Source: Octopus sinensis (taxonomy: Eukaryota). Taken from it: a stretch of DNA of 11,420 nucleotides. The DNA lies in assembly GCF_006345805.1 (NCBI RefSeq), contig NW_021827450.1, positions 1-11,420 of the forward strand, written 5' to 3'. Shown here piece by piece: positions 1 to 7,262 of this stretch. Numbering within the stretch: position 1 is the stretch's first letter; the number at the start of each line of letters is the position of its first letter. The position numbers were made by a program, and so were the translations under genes. The notes beneath the pieces are model-generated. The model saw only the letters and a program-made list of their open reading frames with translations. It searched no databases and was not told the origin of the DNA.

Positions 1-155
1 CAGGAAGGGTGTCTAGTCATAGAAACCATTCCAAGGCATGGTTTCTGTTGCTGGATCTGACTCTGGAGTATAATTTGGTGCTTGGGCCAATTGGATCCTC
101 TCAAACTGTCCAACTTACGCCAGCATGGAACAAGTGTATTAAATGATGATGATGA
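1..155 (+). mobile_element. 3' end of a non-LTR retroelement (LINE- or SINE-type tail) ending in (GAT)n; 5' part lies outside the window
   Basis: Ends ...gccagcatggaacaagtgtattaaatgatgatgatga. Homologous in reverse orientation to 212-352, sharing the blocks aggaaggg, accattcca, tcaaactg.ccaac and gccagcatggaa. RTE-clade affinity is from recall only. Confidence 0.7.
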
Positions 156-211
156 GGTACCTTGTTGGTTGCCCTTATCGTAAGCACTCACCCGAAATGT
201 AGAAGTGGAAT

Positions 212-430
212 ACATCATCATCATTATCATCATTTAACATTTCTTTTCCATGCTGGCATGGGTTGGGCAGTTTGACTGAAGCTGGTAAGGCCAGGAGCCA
301 CAAGGCTCAGTTGTCTGTTCTGGAATGGTGTTTATGGCTGAAAGCCCTTCCTAATACCAACTACCCCACAGAGTGTACTTGGTGCTTTTTATGTGGAACC
401 AGCACCAGTGCTTTTAACGTGACACTAGCA
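212..430 (-). mobile_element. Second, inverted copy of the same (GAT)n-tailed retroelement 3' end
   Basis: Reverse complement reads taggaagggctttcagccataaacaccattccag...tcaaactgcccaacccatgccagcatggaaaagaaatgttaaatgatgataatgatgatg and aligns to 1-155. The boundary near 430 is approximate. Confidence 0.7.
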
Positions 431-591
431 CTATTTGCTAAACAGACTGAGATAAGTGGTGTGCTATCACTCCTAATGAACGAGAACACTACATTGTTTT
501 ATTGTAGCTAAGTTTTAGAATCTTAACCAAAAGGTCAGTAGTTTGTCATTTAATTTCTCAATCACTGTGGTCATGCATTTTATTATTTTTA

Positions 592-971
592 CGAGCAAAA
601 CACCCACCGTCCAATGGATGGTGCTGAGTTGTCAAACATTTAAACGAAATTTTCTCAAAACAACTTGTCCGACCGTCCCATAGGCCTCCCCTTTGAGAAA
701 CACTGATTTAACCTAAATTTGAGACACCAGCAAAAGAAGAAATAAAGATATCGATCGCAACAGCTGATGTACTTGCGCGTACAAATGCACGTTCCCACGG
801 CTTTATCGATCGCATTCGCACCTGGAATCGATTTTTGCAATTTTTTCAAGACTTATACACACCCTGATATCGTCGGTAACTACATATCAAATTTGAGTGA
901 AATTGGATGGAGGATACCGAGATTCTAGAAGACACACACACACACAGACAGAACAGATTTTATATAATAGA
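592..971 (-). mobile_element. Non-autonomous Helitron (~380 bp)
   Basis: On the minus strand: 5' end TCTATTATATAAAA preceded by host A(972); 3' end CTCG (one mismatch from CTAG) followed by host T(591). A GC-rich hairpin lies at 605-623 (caccgtcc-aat-ggatggtg), 9 nt from the terminal tetranucleotide. No TSD, inserted at an A|T junction in T-rich DNA, with an internal (CA)n/GACA tract near the 5' end. Confidence 0.75.
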
Positions 972-1085
972 TTTTCCCTTCTTCTCTGCTCCAACTTTGT
1001 ACCAAAATTAGAATATTTTTCTTCATTTCTTCTTTCACTTCATTTTATTCCTTATCTTCTACTGATTGTCTTGTTCTTTCATCTG

Positions 1086-1106
1086 CTCTCTCTCTCTCTC
1101 TCTCTC
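1086..1106. repeat. (CT)n microsatellite
   Basis: Direct reading. Confidence 0.95.
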
Positions 1107-1353
1107 ATGACTTTCTCGGTCACAAACAAGACTTCTGAGAGGACCCTGTGTACTATATATGGTCCAGTTCTTCCTCAGATCACTCTGTTATTTAAAAAAC
1201 GACTATGAAATATGCATTAGACACACTATACTTGCTGTGCCTCCAACAATGGTCAAGATAAAACAAATGAACATTGACATTTATTTGTAAACATATTGAT
1301 CCATATCAACCTAATGCATCAACTAAACAATATAATTTTTGTTTAAATATCAA

Positions 1354-1584
1354 TATGTGTGTGTTTGTATGTGTGTTTGTGTATTCATATGTGTATGAAC
1401 ATATGTATTTATATATATGTGTGTATGTATATACATATGTGTATATATAAATATGTATGTGTGTATATACATATGTGTGTAATATATATATTATGTATGT
1501 GTGCATATACATATGTGTGGTGTATGTATTTATATATATATATATATGTATGTGTGTATACATATGTGTATGTATGTATGTATG

Positions 1585-1641
<57 letters not shown>

Positions 1642-1643
1642 AT

Positions 1644-1677
<34 letters not shown>

Positions 1678-1790
1678 TACATGCATATATGTATGTGTGT
1701 ATATACGTATGCATCTAATATTTATGTATGTATATGTGTTTATATATTGTGTATACGTGCTTAATGTTTGTGTGAATGTGTGTTAGTGTC
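1354..1790. repeat. Compound (TG)/(TA)/(TATG)/(GA) microsatellite field
   Basis: Degenerate TA/TG repeats, a pure (TA)n run at ~1592-1637 and a (GA)n run at ~1644-1677. Confidence 0.95.
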
Positions 1791-1923
1791 TGTGTATTTA
1801 TGTACACACATGCGCAAGAACAATTACTACATGAGCTACATGGGGGAGGGTGTGTGCGGAGTTTCTTGTTTATAATTTTGTCGTTTTTGCTGAAATTCTA
1901 TACACTTTGTAATTATGACGCAC

Positions 1924-1968
1924 CATGTGTGTTGTACATGTGTGTTGTACATGTGTGTTGTACATGTG
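1924..1968. repeat. 13-bp minisatellite (catgtgtgttgta)x3.5
   Basis: Three perfect units at 1924, 1937 and 1950, plus a partial unit. Confidence 0.9.
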
Positions 1969-2063
1969 CACACAGACAAGCGTGCTCACAAACACACACA
2001 CTAGGATGCACACATAGTCATATGTGCATACCCAGATCCTACTTAATTACTGTGGTTATAGTT

Positions 2064-2450
2064 AAGCATTTTTGGTGGTGATGGTCGTGGTGGTGGTGGT
2101 GGTGATGATGATTATAGCCGTACTGTTAATTAGAATGACGCTAATGTTGAAGACAATGGTGTATTTTGTGATGATGATGATGATGATGCTGATGATGATG
2201 TCAGTAGAAATAATACAAGGGACAATGTTGTTGTTGTTATTAAACGTGGCAGGATTGGGGTGGTGGTGGTGGGCACTGATACCAGTAGTGCTGAGGGTGA
2301 TGATGATGATGATGATAGTGTTGGAGATGATAATAAATCTGGTTGGTAATAATGATGTCTGATGACGTCATTGATAATATTAATTGTGGTGGTGATGATG
2401 ATGATGAGGATGAAGATGAGGATGCTTACTATAATGATGAGCGCGATGAT
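2064..2450. repeat. Compound degenerate trinucleotide microsatellite (GGT)/(GAT)/(GTT)
   Basis: Interspersed GGT, GAT and GTT runs; source of the poly-M/V/I ORFs. Confidence 0.9.
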
Positions 2451-2629
2451 GAATTCTTCAGCTGCACACATGGAGTTTCCAGTTCTTCCAGACTTGATAA
2501 TTTTTGAAAACCCCACTTTTTTTTTTTCCATAATACTCTTGTATGACTCATTCATAGCTTTTCTGGTAATTTTCTTATGCACCTCTCAACTAATGTTAGG
2601 GCATATACAAAATCAAAATCAAAATTACT

Positions 2630-2681
2630 CATTATTATTATTATTGTTATTATTATTATTATTGTTGTTGTTGTTATCATT
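2630..2681. repeat. (ATT)/(GTT) microsatellite
   Basis: Direct reading. Confidence 0.9.
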
Positions 2682-2816
2682 AATATTTTCCCAAAGGTGG
2701 ATTGTCTCATTAGAAATATTCTTCGTTTGGTTCAAGAGACGAAAAAAAAAATGAGCAAAAAAACAAAAAAAAAAACAAAAGGCCAAAAACTGAAGTACAA
2801 CAAATTGCTAATTGAT

Positions 2817-2828
2817 AGTGTGTGTGTA

Positions 2829-2859
<31 letters not shown>

Positions 2860-2862
2860 TAT
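2817..2862. repeat. (TG)n(TA)n microsatellite
   Basis: Direct reading. Confidence 0.9.
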
Positions 2863-3081
2863 ATGAGAGAGATTGATACAAATGCATGTGTGTTTTTGTG
2901 TTTAATTATAAGTATGAATGTATATATTCCCAATATATATGCATACACACACACACATGTATATAATGTATATGTGTGTACAGGCTTGACATTATGCATA
3001 CATTAAGGTCATACAGAAGAGAAACTGCAATGGGAGCTGGGAATTAATTTTGTTTTTTTACATACTGACCTTTTTTACCTA

Positions 3082-3232
3082 TCATCATTGCCCCCACCAT
3101 CATCTCCTCTCACGTTGTCATCATCATCATCGTTATATTCATCATCATCATCATCATTATATTCATCATCATCATCATATTCATCATCATCATCATCATT
3201 ATATTCATCATCATCATCATATTCATCATCAC
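3082..3232. repeat. (CAT)n microsatellite with higher-order tat(att) interruptions
   Basis: CAT runs periodically broken by ttatatt or tatt; source of the poly-H and poly-S ORFs. Confidence 0.9.
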
Positions 3233-3299
3233 ACCAATCATGTCATTTGTACTTTTATTCTTCCTTGATCAACTCATCCTATAATGAAAAGAATGCAAC

Positions 3300-3329
3300 A
3301 CTCTCTCTTTCTCTCTCTCTCACACACAC

Positions 3330-3369
<40 letters not shown>

Positions 3370-3372
3370 CAC
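3300..3372. repeat. (CT)n(CA)n compound microsatellite
   Basis: Direct reading. Confidence 0.95.
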
Positions 3373-3565
3373 ACATATAGTGCATAGCCTAAGACATGTG
3401 AATTGATGATATCAATAAACTGTCAAGTGAATATGATTATTGAAATAAGAATAACTGGATAAGAGAGCAGAGGTGTTACCGATAGTCTTATCTCAGTGAA
3501 TAGAGATGAGACAGTCATGCAAGGATATGACAAACAAATTTGTTGTTGCTGTCATTATAGACTGT

Positions 3566-3602
3566 AGTGGTGGTGGTGGTGGTGGTGGTGATGATGATGA
3601 TT
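3566..3602. repeat. (GGT)n(GAT)n microsatellite
   Basis: Direct reading. Confidence 0.9.
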
Positions 3603-3640
3603 GGAATGAGACAAGTAAGACTGTTGATATTGTTGTTTAC

Positions 3641-3667
3641 CTGCAGGTCAATTCTGATCAAATGGCT
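3641..3667 (-). CDS. Candidate 27-nt microexon (SHLIRIDLQ), unverified
   Basis: Minus strand reads ctttttggttttag|AGCCATTTGATCAGAATTGACCTGCAG|gtaaac. Length is a multiple of 3 and only frame 0 is open. No homology recognised. Confidence 0.2.
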
Positions 3668-3750
3668 CTAAAACCAAAAAGTCATTCTAAGTATGACATT
3701 CCTATTTTTTTGGTTTGTATTTCAGTCATAGTTTATTGCAGAGTACATTA

Positions 3751-3785
3751 TGTTGTTGTTGCTGCTGCTGTTGTTGTTGTTGTTG
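3751..3785. repeat. (GTT)/(GCT) microsatellite
   Basis: Direct reading. Confidence 0.9.
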
Positions 3786-3808
3786 AAGCAGTAAGCTGGC
3801 AGAATTGT
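3786..3808 (+). mobile_element. Severed 5' head of a family-A SINE; the body continues at 4213
   Basis: aagcagtaagctggcagaattgt matches the head of the copy at 4435 (aaggcagtgagctggcagaattgt). Bases 3793-3808 are duplicated at 4213-4228. Confidence 0.75.
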
Positions 3809-3971
3809 GGAGGCGCGTGGCTTAGTGGTTAGGGTGTCGGCATCATGATTGTAAGATTGTGGCTTCAATTCCTGGACCGAGTGACGGCGTTGTGTTCTTG
3901 AGCAAAACACATCATTTCACGTTGCTCCGTCCACTCAGCTGGGAAACAATTATGCCATGGAAACTGGGAAA
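3809..3971 (+). mobile_element. tRNA-derived SINE, family B (CORE-like central block), internally deleted
   Basis: Box A tggcttagtgg (3818-3828) and box B-like ggcttcaattcc (3861-3872), then gttcttgagcaaaacac..catttcac.ttgctcc, which is shared with 6192-6470 and 7625-7845. Confidence 0.85.
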
Positions 3972-4212
3972 AAGGTGGCGAGCTGGCAGAAACGTTAGCA
4001 CGCCGGGCGAAAATGCTTAGCGGTATTTCGTCTGCCTCTACATTCTGAGTTCAGATTCTGCCGAGGTCGACTTTGCCTTTCATCCTTTCGAGGTCGATTA
4101 AATAAGTACCAGTTACGCACTGGGGTTGATATAATTGACTTAATCTGTTAGTCTGTCCTTGTTTGTCCCCTCTGTATGTAGCCCCTTGTGGGCAGTAAAT
4201 AAATAAATAAAA
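3972..4212 (+). mobile_element. tRNA-derived SINE, family A, full-length, CpG-retaining (young) copy
   Basis: Head ggcgagctggcagaaacgttagc, box B-like gagttcagattc (~4047-4058), body gtcgactttgcctttcatcctttcgaggtcgat, and (TAAA)n/A tail. Confidence 0.85.
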
Positions 4213-4434
4213 AAGCTGGCAGAATTGTTAGTACTCCGGACAAAATGCTTAGTGGCATTTCATCCATCATTACATTCTATGTTCAAATTCCTCCAAGGTC
4301 GACTTTGCCTTTCATCCTTTCAGGGTTGATGAAATAAGTACCAGTTATGCATTAGACATTAGCCCTGTCCCCCCATAGTTTCAGGCCTTGTGCCTATAGT
4401 AGAAAGGATTATTATTATTGTTATTATTATTATT
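4213..4434 (+). mobile_element. tRNA-derived SINE, family A, older copy with alternative 3' tail and (ATT)n end
   Basis: Aligns to 3972-4140 with CpG decay. Its 3' end caggccttgtgcctatagtagaaaggattattatt differs from the 3972 copy. Confidence 0.85.
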
Positions 4435-4619
4435 AAGGCAGTGAGCTGGCAGAATTGTTAGCCCACTGAGCAAAATTTGCTGTATCTTTACCTTCGTTTC
4501 AGGGTTGATAAATTAAGTACCAGTGACACACTGGGGCCCAATGTAATTGACTAGTCTTTTCCCCCAAAATGTCAGGCCTTGTGCCTTTAGTAGAAAGGAT
4601 TATTATTATTATTATTATT
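4435..4619 (+). mobile_element. tRNA-derived SINE, family A, internally deleted (box B lost), (ATT)n tail
   Basis: Head ggcagtgagctggcagaattgttagc. The sequence jumps from ~4489 to the cagggttgataaattaagtaccag block and has the same 3' tail as 4213-4434. Confidence 0.8.
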
Positions 4620-5173
4620 GAGTGAGGGAGCAGTGCATGCCATCAAAGTGACACTGGGGTAAAATATACAAAGCCCAGTATACCCATCATGACTACCCGT
4701 CTGATAAGGGTACACCAGGTGTATACATCACATCCATATGTGCACGGCATGGTGATCTCATATCAAGATTAACAGTGCATAACCTTGCAAGTGGGGCCCA
4801 GTTAGAATTTTCTTCAGGTCAAGTAGTTGATCCTGCTCAAAATGTCCCTGAATAAGAATTGTTTAAGGATGTTGAACGAACCACCCATGTTTCCAAAGGT
4901 GAATTTTCCAAACCCCAAAGAATTCCTCTCGACACATGGCTATGATGCTCCCCCACTACTTCTGCCCGTGATCAAGGATGCACATATCACCAGCTTCTAA
5001 GGGACACGCTCAACTGGTTAAGGTCAAACAACTGACAAGCAAATCTGTGGTACTGAACAGAATATTTGCTGTAGCCCATCTTTTACACTAAGGCAAAATA
5101 ATGTACATGCTAACACTTCCAGTCAGTTAAGATCAGAAGCCATGAGAGCCACTGCCTGGTACTGCATCAGGGC
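4620..5173 (-). mobile_element. ~550-bp non-coding interspersed repeat embedded in (TAA)n; putative non-autonomous non-LTR element
   Basis: Sharp boundaries with (TAA)n on both sides. Minus strand starts gccctgatgcagtaccaggcagtgg and ends gcatgcactgctccctcactc-(aat)n. No TIR and no ORF of 60 aa or more. I recall this as a multicopy octopus repeat (unverified). Confidence 0.65.
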
Positions 5174-5534
5174 ATTTTATTATTATTAGTATTATTATTA
5201 GCTCTTATTGTGTCAACAATGGCTAGGTCTTTTGATATACATGTTTGTATGTTCAACTTGTCAACGGGTTAAGTCTACCACCCAAGAGCAGAGAGCCAGA
5301 ATAAATATCACATGGGATTTTGTCCGATACTCAAACAATTCATCTAATCAATCAATCTGGACTGATACTTTATTTTGTCTTTGGTGAACTTTTTAGAGTC
5401 TTGGTTAATCTTGCCATTGTGTCTGTATACACGTGGTGTATATGTTTGTGCATGGCAATTTAGATTGCTTTTTGGTAAAGTTATTCTTCTCAGATTTGCA
5501 ATGATCACATCTATTCACTCCGGTTTGAAAATTG

Positions 5535-5590
5535 AGAGAGAGAGAGAGAGAGAGGAGAGAGAAAGACAGAGTGAGAGAATAAGAGAGAGA
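5535..5590. repeat. (GA)n microsatellite, degenerate
   Basis: Direct reading. Confidence 0.9.
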
Positions 5591-5796
5591 ATGCGAGAGA
5601 AAGAGGTGGGGGCAGAATATCTGCCTGAAGTCTATTATTGGATCTCTGTATAACACTAAAATGAAACATTTAGTTCTGGAAGTGGGTAGACGGATAGACC
5701 GTAAGTAGAAGAGTGTCATTGGCTCTCCATATAAAACTTAAGTTCCCCGCTAACACAGACACACACGTATGTGTGTATGTATATATATGTATATAC

Positions 5797-6190
5797 GCAC
5801 AGGAGTGGCTGTGTGGTAAGTAGCTTGCTTACCAACCACATGATTCTGGGTTCAGTCCCACTGCGTGGCACCTTGGGAAAGTGTCTTCTACTATAGCCTT
5901 GGGCCAACCAAAGCCTTGTGAGTGGATTTGGCCGACGGAAACTGAAAGAAGCCTGCCATATATATATACATATATGTGTGTGTGTGTTGTTTCTCCCCCT
6001 ACCATCACTTGATAACCAATGTTGGTGTGTTTACATCCCCGTAACTTAGCAGTTCTGCAAAAGAGACCTACAGAATAAGTACTAGGCTTACCAAGAATAA
6101 ATCCTGGGGTCGATTTGTTTGGCTAAAGGTGGTGCTCCAGCATAGTCACAGTCAAATGACTGAAACACACGAAAGAATAACAGAATATAG
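5797..6190 (+). mobile_element. tRNA-derived SINE, family C, with internal (TA)/(TG) microsatellite
   Basis: Box A-like tggctgtgtgg, box B-like gggttcagtccc, CORE-like ccttgggaaagtgtctt, and 3' ggtgctccagcatagtcacagtcaaatgactgaaac. Three further copies lie in this window. Confidence 0.9.
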
Positions 6191-6191
6191 T

Positions 6192-6470
6192 GGAGGTGCA
6201 TGGCTTAGTTGTTAGGGTGTTGCACTCATGGTTGCAAGATCATGGTTTCAATTCCCAGACTGGGCATTGCGTTGTGTTCTTGAGCAAAACACTTCATTTC
6301 ATGTTGCTTTGTGATCATTTTGTCATCTGACATGTGAAACCCAGTTGCACCTGTGCAGGTAATGTTGATTTGATGGAGGGAGTGAGCTTACATGAGCACA
6401 AACATTTGATTACTATAAACAAATCATCTGTGTTGTTGTTCCACAAGAAACTGTTGCTGTGGATTCATGT
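6192..6470 (+). mobile_element. tRNA-derived SINE with family-B head and central block but a different 3' body
   Basis: ggaggtgcatggcttagttgttagggtg...gtttcaattccc...gcgttgtgttcttgagcaaaacacttcatttcatgttgct aligns to 3809-3927, then diverges. The 3' boundary is approximate. Confidence 0.75.
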
Positions 6471-7074
6471 CTCTGCCCATTCGAGTCTCAGTCTAAATAC
6501 TAATGACTCACAGATAATTGATTCCCATTAATTCATCTTTTGCTCATCTCTCCCCCCTTTTGTTTCACTTGTCCTCTTCCCCACTTAAGATTCCTCTCTT
6601 TCTCTCTTCTCAATCCTTCAACTGCATATCTTTATTATCCATTCATTTACTTTTTATTCATTGATGTAAATTCCAAACGTTCAAATCTGCTCCAGCTTAA
6701 CTTAATCTAGAAAGGATTGTCTCCCTTATGATAATTGACCACCTGGGGCACACCACATGTAAGAGATAAAAACTTGTGAGAGAGAGGATGAATGATTGCT
6801 AGTGAGAGAGGAGGTAGCAGGCCAAAAAAACAAAAACAAAAAAAAATGATAAAAATGATAATAATAGTAGTGATGGTTTTTGTATTCAGTGATGTCACTT
6901 TTACTGCTTTATCTAATTGCCTACTGGATCCCTATAAGTAGTTGAGATTTATGAACTATTAAGACCCTCATACTTTGTCAGGAACAGATAGGTGAGGGTG
7001 TTTCTGGGGCAGTTATAGCAGATGTACTAGACTTAGGTTTTGATTTAGCATGTTGAACCATTAATGTCTACACA

Positions 7075-7262
7075 TTTTTTTTCTCTTTCCATTTCCTTTT
7101 TTCATTCTCACTCCATTTTTCTCCCTCTTAATCCTTTCTGTTGAAGAACATAGGCTCGAAGCGTCAAAGACTTTTCCATTCTTCCCTAGTGTCAAACTAA
7201 TACATCTGCTTGTTGTTCCCTCACCTGTCTTCATCTTTTGCTTTCTGTAAATTTGAACTAAA
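7075..7262 (+). mobile_element. Probable Penelope-like element terminal (pseudo-LTR) remnant
   Basis: Contains a minimal hammerhead-like motif typical of PLE termini, followed by a T-rich segment. Assignment is by inference and boundaries are approximate. Confidence 0.45.
7134..7169 (+). ncRNA. Degenerate minimal type I hammerhead ribozyme motif, probably inactive
   Basis: CUUU-CUGuUGA-A-GAAC(auag)GCUC-GAAg-C-GUC-AAAG. Stem I is cttt/aaag, stem II gaac/gctc has 3 of 4 pairs, and a GUC triplet is present. The core boxes each carry one substitution relative to CUGANGA and GAAA. Confidence 0.55.

Noticed and set aside
1306-1764. Overlapping 87-126 aa ORFs rich in Y/I/H/T/C/V/M
   Set aside because: Translations of (TA)/(TG)/(CA) microsatellites, which lack stops in several frames.
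2072-2876. Hydrophobic poly-M/V/L/I ORFs that look like membrane proteins
   Set aside because: Derived from GAT/GGT/ATT/GTT trinucleotide repeats; no domain or codon structure.
3050-3387. Poly-His and poly-Ser ORFs
   Set aside because: Alternative frames of one (CAT)n array.
3647-3690. Plus-strand 44-nt exon candidate (cctgcag|GTC...CTAA|gtatga; VNSDQMALKPKSHS)
   Set aside because: Not frame-preserving, phases do not chain with the other plus-strand candidates, and no homology recognised.
3809-3880. tRNA gene-like A and B boxes, here and at the other SINE heads
   Set aside because: No complete cloverleaf, and each is followed by a SINE body; these are SINE promoters, not tRNA genes.
3786-4619. 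Recurrent agctggcagaa motif with spacers, superficially CRISPR-like
   Set aside because: These are heads of stacked SINE copies with long homologous bodies and irregular spacing; eukaryotic context and no cas genes.
5609-5626. Short hairpin ggcaga-ata-tctgcc
   Set aside because: A 6-bp stem is expected by chance in 11 kb and has no supporting context.
6711-6758. Plus-strand 48-nt exon candidate (tctag|...CAT|gtaaga; RIVSLMIIDHLGHTT)
   Set aside because: Weak polypyrimidine tract and no recognisable protein; such AG/GT pairs are expected by chance.
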